Shown: one piece after another, positions 9,587-18,976 of the stretch
How the letters are laid out: every line of letters begins with the position of its first letter
Position numbering within the stretch: position 1 is the first letter of the stretch
Assembly (NCBI GenBank): GCA_003009755.1
Contig: PXUB01000038.1
Coordinates: 1-64,000, forward strand
Direction of reading: 5' to 3'
Length of the DNA: 64,000 nucleotides
DNA from: Thermoplasmatales archaeon SW_10_69_26
Lineage (GTDB): Archaea; Thermoplasmatota; SW-10-69-26
Notes under the pieces: generated by a model
The model's input: only the letters and a program-made list of their open reading frames with translations
Told to the model about the DNA's origin: nothing
Databases searched by the model: none
Made by a program: the position numbers and the translations under genes

Positions 9587-11191
9587 TCAAGCGTCGCTGG
9601 CGGGCTCGACCTCGACGACGGCCGTCATCCCGGCCTCGCTGTGCTCGCTGATGTGGCAGTGGATCAACCACGTGCCCGGGTTGCTCATCTCGACCTGGAT
9701 CGTCACCGACTGGTAGTCGCGCACCGGATCGTTGGCGAGCACCGTGTCCTTCCAAACGCGCTCCTCGGGGTCCTCACCGCCGTAATCGGAAACCATGAAC
9801 CGTTGCCCGTGCAGATGCACCGTGTGCGGGACCGGCGAGTGCGCGGCGTGATCGCCGCCGCCCCCGTGCTCGTGCACGATGTCGACCGTGAACTCGACGA
9901 CGTCGCCGACCTCGTACTGGTAGCGAGGCTGCACCTCGCCGGTCGGCACGTCCACCAGTTGCCAGGCGAGCTCGCGGTCGGTCGGTTGCGCGTTGACCTC
10001 GCCCGCCGGCGGATCGGGGGCGCTGTGGTCGTGGCCGCCGTGGCCGTCGTCGCTCGCGTTGGGATCGGCCGGCATCGTCTCGTTGCGCAGCATGCGCAGA
10101 TGCTCGGTGTGGTCGGGCTCCTCGGCGAGGAAGCCCTCTCGGTCCTCGGCCTGGGCGCGCTCGTGCGGCCCGGAGGGCGCCTCCTGGACGACCACGCTCT
10201 GGCCCAGCGCCTCGAAGGACGATGTGACGGTCGCCAGCGTCCACGTCGTCGCCTCGTCCACGATGCGAGCCGAGCTTTCAGCGTCGACCTCGACGTCGAC
10301 GGTCGCCCGCTCGGCCGGACCCAAGCGCAGCCCGTGGATCTCGCGCGGCTGCTCGAGGTAGCTGGGGCCGGCCGCGACCTTCTCGACCGTGGCGAAGCCC
10401 TGGAAGTTCAGCCGCCAGGTGCGCGCGTTCGAGGGGTTGATCAGGTGCAGACGGTGGCGTTCCCCGGGGGCGACCTCGACGTCGGCCTCGGCGGTGCCGT
10501 TGACGAACGGCTGGTTGCCCCAGCGCCCGCTGTCGGCGTAGGTCACCGCCTCCTCGTACACGTCCGGGACGTCGCCGTCGACGAGCCGCATGTCGTCCAG
10601 GTGGAGGACGGACTCGTCGGGGTAGCGCTCGGTGTCCTCCTTGGGCGGATCGACGACGATCGCGCCGTACAAGCCCAGCTCCTTCTGGACATCGGTGCGA
10701 ACGTGGGGGTGGTACCAGAACACGCCCGCGTCCGGGACCTCGATCGTGTACTCGAAGGACTCGCCGGGCTGGACCGGCTGCTGGGTCAGGTTCGGCACGC
10801 CGTCGTTGGGGTTGTCCAGCCGCAGGCCGTGCCAGTGCACGGTCGTGGGCTGGTCGAGGTCGTTGGTGAACGTGACGTCGACCTCGGCTCCCTGTGGGAG
10901 GTGCAGCTCGGGGCCGGGGATCTGGCCGTTGTAGGCCATCATCCGGATCTCCTCGCCGGTCCCGGGGTCGTGCTTGACGTAGCTGGCGGTCAGCTCGAAG
11001 CTGTCGCCGTCGGAGAGGTCGACCCGCTGCGTGGGTTGGGCCTCCTCGAGGCCGCCCGTGGAGCGATCCATCGGTGTCAGCGGCGGAGCCTCGGCCTCCT
11101 GTTTCATGGGCTCGTCCTCGACGATGCCGATGCATCCGACGAGCCCGCTCGTGAGGAGCAGGACAGCTACGACGGCAGCTCTCACGGCCAC
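9587..11191 (-). CDS. Multicopper oxidase, lipoprotein
   Basis: HWHG, WYHPH, HTVHLHG, HCHISEHSEAGM copper ligands; LVGC lipobox; GTG start inferred. Confidence 0.93.
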   Translation of the reverse strand: MAVRAAVVAVLLLTSGLVGCIGIVEDEPMKQEAEAPPLTPMDRSTGGLEEAQPTQRVDLSDGDSFELTASYVKHDPGTGEEIRMMAYNGQIPGPELHLPQGAEVDVTFTNDLDQPTTVHWHGLRLDNPNDGVPNLTQQPVQPGESFEYTIEVPDAGVFWYHPHVRTDVQKELGLYGAIVVDPPKEDTERYPDESVLHLDDMRLVDGDVPDVYEEAVTYADSGRWGNQPFVNGTAEADVEVAPGERHRLHLINPSNARTWRLNFQGFATVEKVAAGPSYLEQPREIHGLRLGPAERATVDVEVDAESSARIVDEATTWTLATVTSSFEALGQSVVVQEAPSGPHERAQAEDREGFLAEEPDHTEHLRMLRNETMPADPNASDDGHGGHDHSAPDPPAGEVNAQPTDRELAWQLVDVPTGEVQPRYQYEVGDVVEFTVDIVHEHGGGGDHAAHSPVPHTVHLHGQRFMVSDYGGEDPEERVWKDTVLANDPVRDYQSVTIQVEMSNPGTWLIHCHISEHSEAGMTAVVEVEPASDA

Positions 11192-11336
11192 CGTTTGACC
11201 GCGCCCTGGTATTTGAATATTGGTTAACGACAGGTGGTCACGGAAGCCCGCTGAGGACCCCAACAGCCCCGCACCAGGCTCGGGCCAGGGCGTCGCCGTT
11301 GGGTGACCACTCGCCGAGGTGACCCATACTGGGCGC

Positions 11337-12911
11337 TCAGATCACGGTCCCGTGCTTCCTGTCGGGCATGTTGAACTCCTTGCCCTCGTAGGTGTCCAAC
11401 CGCTCGATGACCTCCTGGCGCAGGTCCTCGGGCGGCACGATGTGGTCCACGATCAGCTCGTCGCCCATGACCTCGACGTCGATGTCCTCCCGGTACTCGG
11501 CGCGCTTCTCCTCGATGAAGGCCTTGCGCTCCTCGGGGTCCTCGATCTCGTCGATCTTGCGCCGGTACACCGCGTTGACGGCCGCCTCGGGACCCATGAC
11601 GGCGATCTCGGCGCTGGGCAGGCCCAGCAGGGCCTCCGGCTCGAAGGCCAGCCCACACATGGCGTACAGGCCGGCACCGTAGGCGCGGCGCGCCACGATC
11701 GGGATCTTGGGCACGGTAGCGGTGCTGGTGGCGTAGATGAACTTCTTGCCGCGCTTGAGGATGCCCTCCTGCTCGACGTCCTTGCCGACCATGAAGCCCG
11801 GGGTATCGCACAGGAAGACGAGCGGGATGTTGTAGGCGTCGCACTTCGTGATGAACTCGGCGGCCTTGTCGGCGCTGTCGGGGAAGATCGCGCCGGCTTT
11901 GTGCATCGCGTTGTTCGCCACGATGCCGACCGGGCGCCCGTCGAGGCGGGCCCACCCGGTGACGAGCTCGGGGGCGTAGTCCGCCGACAGCTCGAGGAAG
12001 CTGTCGCCATCGACGAGCGCGGTGATGACGTCCCGCACGTCGAAGGGGGCGTTGGGGTCCTCGGGCACGATGTCGGCGATCTCGGCCGGAGCTCGCCCGG
12101 GCTCGCGGGTCTCGTAGCGGGGCGGCTGTTCCTCGCAGTTGTCCGGCAGGTAGGACATGACCTGGGCCGCCAGCATCGCCGCGTGCTCCTCGTTCTCGGC
12201 GACGAGGTGGCAGGAGCCGGACTCCTCGGCGTGCACGTCGACGCCGCCCAGCTCGTCCATCGACACCTCCTCGCCGGTAACCATCTCGACCATGCGCGGC
12301 GAAGCGATGCACATGGCGCTCATCTCCTCGACCATGATCGTGACGTCGCAGAACACCGGCGTGTAGGCCGCGCCCGCCACGCAGGGCCCGTACAGGACGG
12401 CGACCTGGGGGATCTTGCCGGAGAGGATCGAGTGGTTGTAGAAGTACTTCCCGATGCCGCTACCCTGGGCGAAGAACCCGGACTGGTCGGTGATGCGGGC
12501 CCCGCTGGAGTCGACCAGGTACAGCATCGGCTTGCCCGCGCGCAGGGCCCGCTCCTGCGTGCGCAGGAACTTCTCGACGCCCTTGTCGGCCATCGAGCCG
12601 GCCTTGACGGTGTAGTCGTTGGCCTGGAAGAACACCTTGCGGTCGTCGAGCGTGCCGACGCCGGTCACCATGCCGTCGGCCGGCAGCTGGTCGTCGGCGT
12701 TCGCGTTGGCGAAGAGGCCGTCCTCGAAGTCCGGTCCGTCGTCGAAGAACAACCGCAGCCGCTCCCGGACGAACAGCTTGTCGTCGTCCTTGAGACGCTT
12801 TCTGTACTTCTCGGGTCCGCCCTCCCGAATCTCCTCCATCCGCTGGCGGATCCGCTCCTCGCGGGAGAGCTCCTCGTCGGCGTCGGCCGAGGCACTGGCC
12901 TCCTGCGGCAT
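11337..12911 (-). CDS. Acyl-CoA carboxylase carboxyltransferase (beta) subunit
   Basis: DYTVKAGS, DSSGARI, GPCVAGAAY, DTPGFMVG, AYGAG, AVMGPEAAV. Confidence 0.93.
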   Translation of the reverse strand: MPQEASASADADEELSREERIRQRMEEIREGGPEKYRKRLKDDDKLFVRERLRLFFDDGPDFEDGLFANANADDQLPADGMVTGVGTLDDRKVFFQANDYTVKAGSMADKGVEKFLRTQERALRAGKPMLYLVDSSGARITDQSGFFAQGSGIGKYFYNHSILSGKIPQVAVLYGPCVAGAAYTPVFCDVTIMVEEMSAMCIASPRMVEMVTGEEVSMDELGGVDVHAEESGSCHLVAENEEHAAMLAAQVMSYLPDNCEEQPPRYETREPGRAPAEIADIVPEDPNAPFDVRDVITALVDGDSFLELSADYAPELVTGWARLDGRPVGIVANNAMHKAGAIFPDSADKAAEFITKCDAYNIPLVFLCDTPGFMVGKDVEQEGILKRGKKFIYATSTATVPKIPIVARRAYGAGLYAMCGLAFEPEALLGLPSAEIAVMGPEAAVNAVYRRKIDEIEDPEERKAFIEEKRAEYREDIDVEVMGDELIVDHIVPPEDLRQEVIERLDTYEGKEFNMPDRKHGTVI

Positions 12912-13111
12912 GCATGGGCCAAGCCGACGCCCGTAGAAAAGCCTACGCGGTCCCGAGGCCGCTCACGGGTCCCCGAACTGGGCGTCGAGCTGGTAGCGGC
13001 GGGGGCGCTCGTTGGCCGACGCGCTCGGGCTCGACCCGGCCCAGACCCGCTCCGGGGGCGGCAGCGAGGGCAACCACGCCAGCCAGCACGCCCCCGCCAT
13101 CGACGGGTCCG

Positions 13112-14572
13112 TCACCGGCGTCGGCGGCCAGCGAGGCTCGCCGCGGCCAGGCCGGTGGCCACGACGGCGAGGGCGCCGGGGCCGGGGGCACCGTTGCCGC
13201 CGGTCTCGCCGTCGGTCCCGTTGGCTCCGCCGTCGGTCCCCCCGTCGCCACCGTCGGTGGAGCCGGTGGCGATGACGTGGACGGCGCCCTGCTGCGTACC
13301 GTCGCCGGAATCGCCGGGGGCGCCGACGAGGGCCAAGTCCCCGGCGAGGGCGGAGCCATCTCCGAAGTCGTCCCCGTCCTCGCCGTCGTCGGGGCGGAAG
13401 GGCGCCGGGTCGGACCAGGAGGCTCCGTCGCGTGTCACCTCGAAGGCGGACCCGTTGCCTGAGGCGTCGACGATGGCGGCCCGATCGGAGAGGGCGAGCG
13501 TCGACCCGTAGTTGTCGGAGCCCTCGAGGGACGCAGAGGTGATGTTGGCGGTCTGGTTCCATGCGCCGTCGGTGCGTTCGAAGGCGTAGGCGGCGCCGTG
13601 GTCCGAGGCGTCGCCGAAATCCTTGTGCGGGGCGCCGCCGACGAAGACGTCGCCGTGGAAGGCGATGGCGGCGCCGAAGCGGTCGCCGCCGTCGCTGTCC
13701 TCGTGGGTGATCTCGGCGGTCTCGTTCCAGTCGCTGGCGGCGTAGGCGAAGACGCCGCCGGGGTAGACCCCGAAGGACCGGTCGACGCCGGGGGCGCCCA
13801 CGAGCGCGGTCTCGCCGTCGAAGGCGACGGCGGTGCCGAAGGCCGTGTAGCCGTCCGAGTCCCGGTCGAGCTCGGCCTCGAGGCTCCAGGACCCGTCGGA
13901 CCGTTGCCAGACGTAGGCCGTCCCGCTGAAGTCGTCGAACCCGTCGGGGGACTCGCTGGTGCCGGGGGCCCCGACGACGACGGTATCGCCCTCGAGCGCG
14001 AGGTCCGAACCGACCTCCTGGTCGCCGAAGGTATCGTCGGGTTGGAGGATGGCCTCGAGAGCGTATCCCTCGCCCTCGGCGGCGAAGACGTACACCGCGC
14101 CGTAGTCGCCGGCGAGGCCCCTGCTGGAGTCGTTCCCGGGCGCCCCGACGGCGATGGTTTCACCGTTGATGGCGACGGCCTCGCCGAACTCGTCGCCGTC
14201 CGCCGCGTCGGGTTGGGTGAGCTTGGTCTCCTGGCTCCACTCCCCGCCGTCGCGGGTGAAGACGTAGACGGCGCCCCGGTTGGCTCGGTTGTCGTCCTCG
14301 GCACCCTGGTCGTGGCGGGGGGTCCCGATGACGGCGGTGTCGCCGTCGATGGCGATGGCGTCGCCGAAGTCGTGCCTGTCACCGGGGTCGTCGGGCCGGA
14401 GCGTTGCCTCGTCGGTGGCCGCGGAGACCGTCGCCGAGGCCCCCAGGAGGGCGATCCCGGCGAGGAGGAGTGTGGCGGCGCAGAGCACCGAGGGCCTCGC
14501 GGCGGCGACGCCCGCGGTCCCTGCCCGTTGCGTGTCGTTCGCGCCTGGCATGGTCCGATCAGCGGAGGACAT
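13112..14572 (-). CDS. Secreted FG-GAP repeat (beta-propeller) surface protein with C-terminal anchor
   Basis: Repeated FG.AVA.DG.T.VVGAP; tail APGPG-hydrophobic-RRRR. Confidence 0.88.
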   Translation of the reverse strand: MSSADRTMPGANDTQRAGTAGVAAARPSVLCAATLLLAGIALLGASATVSAATDEATLRPDDPGDRHDFGDAIAIDGDTAVIGTPRHDQGAEDDNRANRGAVYVFTRDGGEWSQETKLTQPDAADGDEFGEAVAINGETIAVGAPGNDSSRGLAGDYGAVYVFAAEGEGYALEAILQPDDTFGDQEVGSDLALEGDTVVVGAPGTSESPDGFDDFSGTAYVWQRSDGSWSLEAELDRDSDGYTAFGTAVAFDGETALVGAPGVDRSFGVYPGGVFAYAASDWNETAEITHEDSDGGDRFGAAIAFHGDVFVGGAPHKDFGDASDHGAAYAFERTDGAWNQTANITSASLEGSDNYGSTLALSDRAAIVDASGNGSAFEVTRDGASWSDPAPFRPDDGEDGDDFGDGSALAGDLALVGAPGDSGDGTQQGAVHVIATGSTDGGDGGTDGGANGTDGETGGNGAPGPGALAVVATGLAAASLAGRRRR

Positions 14573-14675
14573 GCTGGCAGCGACCCGACGTGGGCCACTT
14601 AAGGGTTCTTAGATTCGGCGGCCCCGGTGGCGGCGCGGGCACGGGGATGTGCGGGGACGAGGGGAGCTCTCGATC

Positions 14676-15740
14676 CTACAGGATCCCGACGGCGGCCGTC
14701 TGGTCCCCTCGCGGCCGTGAACGCAGGTCGTAGGCCACCGACAACAAAAGCGTCGTCACGACGAGGTTGATCGCGAAGTGAGCCGGGATCGGGTGGGCCA
14801 CGACCCCGATCAACCCCGGCGGCGAGGCAACGCCGAACCCGTAGAACTGGATCGCCTGGGCGAGCGTCTCCAGCACGTGGTAGCTCTGGGCGACGAGGAG
14901 CGCCCGGAAGGCGAGGGCTCCTCGCGTGCTCAGCCGCCACATCGTCTCCGTTCGCAGCCACGAGAGGTACACGACGGCCAGGGCCGCGAACACGAGGGAG
15001 CTGTAGACGAGATGGACCCAGACGACGTCGAACAACGCCCCGAGGATGCCGACCGCCGCACCCGTCCCGGTCAGCCACTGCACCAGTTGGACCGTCTGTT
15101 CGTTCAGGTGGCCCAGCTGGATCACGACCGCGGCGGCGACGACCCAGGACACGCCCTTCGCCAGCGCCGGCCGGGTGATCCCCCAGACGCGACCACCGCC
15201 GGCCCGGGGTCCCTCGGGGGCGTCGTACGGTCGAGGCCGCGGCCGGAAGGAAAAGGCCACCGATAACAAGAGCGCCGTCACGACGAGGTTGATCGCGAAG
15301 TGGGCCGGGATCGGGTGGGCCACGACCCCGATCAACCCCGGCGGCGGGGCAACGCCGAAGCCGTGATACTGAGCGACCTGGGCCACGTGCTCGACGAGGT
15401 GGTAGCTTTGCACGGTGAAGACCAGGTGGAAGGCGAGGGCTCCCCGCGTGCTCGGTCGCCAGATCGTCTCCGTTCGCCGCCACGAGAGGTACACGACGGC
15501 CAGGGCCGCGAACACGAGGGCGTTGTAGACGAGGTGGACCCAGACGGCGTCGAACAGCGCCCCGAAGATCCCCGACGGTTCCGCCACCCCGGCGAGCCAT
15601 TGCACCAGCTGGACCGCGTGCTCGTTCATGTGGCCGAGTTGGATCACGACCAGCGCTACGAGGGTCCAGAACATCGCCGTCGCCAGCGCCGGCCGGGCGA
15701 GCATCCAGCCCCCCTCACCGCCGGTTCGGTGGTCCCTCAC
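14676..15740 (-). CDS. His-rich membrane protein with internal two-fold duplication (DUF6008-like, tentative)
   Basis: Two ~174-aa repeats each with QLGHxNE(H/Q), WVHLVY, QSYHxxE, AHFAIN. Confidence 0.7.
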   Translation of the reverse strand: MRDHRTGGEGGWMLARPALATAMFWTLVALVVIQLGHMNEHAVQLVQWLAGVAEPSGIFGALFDAVWVHLVYNALVFAALAVVYLSWRRTETIWRPSTRGALAFHLVFTVQSYHLVEHVAQVAQYHGFGVAPPPGLIGVVAHPIPAHFAINLVVTALLLSVAFSFRPRPRPYDAPEGPRAGGGRVWGITRPALAKGVSWVVAAAVVIQLGHLNEQTVQLVQWLTGTGAAVGILGALFDVVWVHLVYSSLVFAALAVVYLSWLRTETMWRLSTRGALAFRALLVAQSYHVLETLAQAIQFYGFGVASPPGLIGVVAHPIPAHFAINLVVTTLLLSVAYDLRSRPRGDQTAAVGIL

Positions 15741-16069
15741 CCTCCGCCCTCCTCGGAAGCCTGGGCCGGACCCGCTCGAGGGCGTCCCCGGCGGAGCTGT
15801 CGGGACGTGCGTGATGCGAGACGAGGCCCGACGTGGGCGGACGGCGACACGTCCACGAGGAGGCCTGCGGGCACGGACGAGCCCACGAACGCCGCGGTCG
15901 GGAGGCCCCCAGACCCCACCGCGATGCCGGCCTCAGCGACGGTCTCGCGCCACGGGGCCCAGGCGACGTGCTCGTCGACGAACGGGACGGCCTCGACCCC
16001 GGCGACGAGGGCGAGTCCCGGCAACCGCGTGCGGCGATCTTGCATCCCTCCCCACCTCCTCATTGAACG

Positions 16070-16966
16070 CTAGCGGGTCGCGTTCGGCGGGAACGTCATC
16101 GAGCTGTCCTTGTAGTTCCCGATCCCGAACAGGAAGTACGCGCGGGCCTGCTCCGTCGAGCCAAGCTCGTCGAGGATGCTTCCGTCGGGAACCGACACGG
16201 TGCCGGTCGCCTCGTAGAGGCTCGTCCCGTGGAAGTAGGTGTGAGCCCGTCCCAGCTCCTCGGTTCCCGGGATCGGCATGTAGCCCACGCACTCGAACAG
16301 GGAGTACGCGTGGCCCACGTACTCGTCCGTCACGCCGCCGCCACGCATCTCGTAGGTCCCGGCGTCCTCCCACGTCAGCGAGGCCTCGAAGGGACCGCCG
16401 GTCCGCTGGGTGAGGACGTCGAAGCCTGCCGAGAAGTCGAGGTCCGGGATCCCCTGCTTCTCGAGGAGGTCCTGCGAGGGCTGGTGATCGAAGGCCCCCT
16501 TGAACTTGTAGATGGCGAAGGCGTTCCCGATGTCCTCGGCAGGGTACACGGGCGTCCACACCGTCGCGTGCTCCATGTTCTGGACCGGGGAGCCGTCGAG
16601 GCCGACCCCTCGCTCGCAGACCTCGAACTCCACGCCGATCAGCGCGTCCCCGTCGACCCCCGCCGCGTCGACGAGGGAGGGAGGCAGTCCAACGTCCTCG
16701 GGGCTGCGGGCCGAGAACCCGTCCGGCAGCCGCTGCTCGACGGCGGAGGCTGGAACGGGGACGAAGGCCATGACGAACTCGCACTCGGACAGCCCCCAGG
16801 GGAGACGGTCTGCTCCGTTCTCGGCCGCCGCCGGGCTCAACCCGGCGTCCTCGACCGTCTCGTCCGCCGAGGCTGCCTCGACCGTCTCGTCGGTCGAGGT
16901 CGCGAGGCAGCCGCTGAAGCCCACCGTGAGGAGAGCAAGACCCAACAGGAGCGTTGCGTGTCGCAT
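16070..16966 (-). CDS. Hypothetical lipoprotein
   Basis: MRHATLLLGLALLTVGFSGC lipobox; long acidic ORF. Confidence 0.75.
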   Translation of the reverse strand: MRHATLLLGLALLTVGFSGCLATSTDETVEAASADETVEDAGLSPAAAENGADRLPWGLSECEFVMAFVPVPASAVEQRLPDGFSARSPEDVGLPPSLVDAAGVDGDALIGVEFEVCERGVGLDGSPVQNMEHATVWTPVYPAEDIGNAFAIYKFKGAFDHQPSQDLLEKQGIPDLDFSAGFDVLTQRTGGPFEASLTWEDAGTYEMRGGGVTDEYVGHAYSLFECVGYMPIPGTEELGRAHTYFHGTSLYEATGTVSVPDGSILDELGSTEQARAYFLFGIGNYKDSSMTFPPNATR

Positions 16967-17113
16967 CACCAACGCCAACCCCGGTATGTTATTAGGTATC
17001 TGCTGTTAACTGTGAATCCAAGTCTTACTACTAAGAATGGTTGGCTCGTCCAGCGCGACCCGGGTCGCCCCCGGCAGGCCGATGCCACGGAGGGCGCGGT
17101 CGAGAACTCCCAA

Positions 17114-17480
17114 GCGTGGTGGCTGTCGGTGTGTTCGGCCATCCGAGACGGCTCGGCGCGGTTGGTCCAGCCGTCTCGGAGTTCGTACGTCTCCTCCCTC
17201 CGGTCGGAGACGTACTCCCTGAACCCGCCGCGCGTATCTACCGGCGGGCCGAGACGAGGCTTGGACGTTGTCTGCTGCCTCGTCTCGGGGTTCGTACGTC
17301 GGCTCCCGGTGGTCGGAGACGTACTTCTTGAAGGTCACCGCGTGGTGGCTGTCGGTGTGTTCCGTGGTCCGAGACGGCTCGGCGCGGTTGGTCCAGCCGT
17401 CTCGGAGTTCGTACGTCGGCTCCCGGTGGTCGCCGACGTACTCCCTGAACCCGCCGCGCGTATCTACCGGCGGGTTCAGG
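17114..17480. repeat. Tandem palindromic (REP/BIME-like) repeat cluster
   Basis: ~135-bp unit at ~17114-17248 and ~17340-17474 plus a partial middle copy; hairpins CCGAGACGGCT/AGCCGTCTCGG, GTACGTC/GACGTAC, CCCGCCG/CGGCGGG. Confidence 0.85.
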
Positions 17481-17937
17481 CATACCCGAAGTGCGCCTCG
17501 AGGCGGTAGGTGTCCGAGGTGGCCAGCCACGCCACGACGACCAGCTCGTAGTCGCCGGGCTCGAGCGCCGCGTCCAACGTCTCGCGCTTGTCCAGCGGGC
17601 CCGTGCTGGCCGAGGCGACCGGCTCGCCCTCGGGACCGAAGACGTGCAGATCCAGGTCGTTCGTCGCGTTCTCCCAATCCAGCTGCGCCTGCACGCGCGC
17701 ATCCGTGGCGACGGTGAACGGGTAGCTGAAGCACGAGGAGGCCTCCGCCTCGCAACGCTGATCGCGGTCCCCGCCAGCCGGGCTCGCTGCGGCCTCGACC
17801 CGGCGCTCGTCGTGCACGGAGTCGGGCAGCGAGGCCTCCGGGTCGCTGGCCGCGTCCACGGACTCCTCCCCGCCACCCACGCAGCCCGCGATCGGGGCCA
17901 CCAGCAACACCGCCACGATCCAAGCCCGCTCACGCAT
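17476..17937 (-). CDS. Small lipoprotein with PPC-like beta-sandwich domain
   Basis: IAGC lipobox; LDW..NDLDLHVFGP.G, E.L..PGDYELVV. Confidence 0.75.
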   Translation of the reverse strand: MRERAWIVAVLLVAPIAGCVGGGEESVDAASDPEASLPDSVHDERRVEAAASPAGGDRDQRCEAEASSCFSYPFTVATDARVQAQLDWENATNDLDLHVFGPEGEPVASASTGPLDKRETLDAALEPGDYELVVVAWLATSDTYRLEAHFGYA

Positions 17938-18058
17938 CAGGTCACCCTCCAACCCCCTCGCCCTTAAATCGTCCGACAGGGCCGGGCTCGACAGCTCACC
18001 GCTCTTGCCACCGCAGCCTTCACCAAGCAAGCCGGGCTCGGGTCGACGGAGCACGAGC

Positions 18059-18976
18059 GTGGCGATCGAGATCGACGGCCTGGCGAAGGCCTACGGCCGC
18101 CAGCGCGCCCTCGACGGGATCGACCTCGAGATCCCGACGGGCGCCACGTGCGGCCTGCTGGGCCCCCAAGGCGCCGGCAAGACGACCCTAGCCCGCTTGC
18201 TGGCCGGCCTCGAAGTCCCCACAGCCGGGAGCGCCCGCATCGACGGGCACCCGATCGGAGAGCCCCAGGCCACCGCGCGCCTCGGCTACATCCCCCATCC
18301 AGCCGGCTTCGACGAGGGCCGAACCCCCCGCCAGATGCTCCGCCTGGCCGGCCGCCTGCACGGGATCCCCACCAGCCGACGAGAGCGCCGCCTCGAGCGC
18401 CTGCTCATCGACCTCGGCCTGGAACACCTCGGCGGCCACGCGATCGAGCACCTCGACGGAGGCCACCGACGACGACTGGCACTCGCGCACGCGCTCGTGC
18501 CCGACCCCGACCATCTCGTCGTCGACGAACCCACGCGCGGCCTCGGCCCCGCCGCCAGTCGCCGCATGCGTGAGGCCTTGATCGAGAAGACGCGCGAGCG
18601 CACGCTGCTCGTCCTCACATCCATCCCCGACGATGTCGAGGCCCCGTGCGAGCGCGTCGTCGGGATCGAGGACGGCACCATCGTGCTCGACGCCGGCGTC
18701 CACGAACTCGCCGCCGACCACGGCGTCGCCATCGCGATCGGCCTCGCCGGCGAGCTCCCCCAACGAGCCCTCGACGAGCTGCGCGAACACGAGGCCGTGG
18801 CCGCCCTCCGACGCGACCCGACCGACGCCGACCTCGAGCTGTGGCTTACCGACCCCGACGAAGCCCCGGCCGTCCTCCGCCTGCTCGTCGAGGCCGACGC
18901 ACCCGTCGCCTCCTTCGACCGCCAGCCCCCACCGCTGGGCGCCACCGTCGCCGAACACATGGAGGGCCAGCTGTGA
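18059..18976 (+). CDS. ABC transporter ATP-binding protein (degenerate motifs)
   Basis: GPQGAGKTT Walker A, VVDEPT Walker B; signature LDGGH; H-loop His absent. Confidence 0.88.
   Translation: MAIEIDGLAKAYGRQRALDGIDLEIPTGATCGLLGPQGAGKTTLARLLAGLEVPTAGSARIDGHPIGEPQATARLGYIPHPAGFDEGRTPRQMLRLAGRLHGIPTSRRERRLERLLIDLGLEHLGGHAIEHLDGGHRRRLALAHALVPDPDHLVVDEPTRGLGPAASRRMREALIEKTRERTLLVLTSIPDDVEAPCERVVGIEDGTIVLDAGVHELAADHGVAIAIGLAGELPQRALDELREHEAVAALRRDPTDADLELWLTDPDEAPAVLRLLVEADAPVASFDRQPPPLGATVAEHMEGQL

Noticed and set aside
11319-13511. Long antisense and alternative-frame ORFs (e.g. 730 aa here, 978 aa at 54514-57450, 675 aa at 45163-47190)
   Set aside because: Shadow ORFs caused by high GC; they overlap well-supported genes and lack motifs.
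15737-16063. 108-aa minus-strand ORF
   Set aside because: No recognisable motif; possibly a gene remnant but unsupported.
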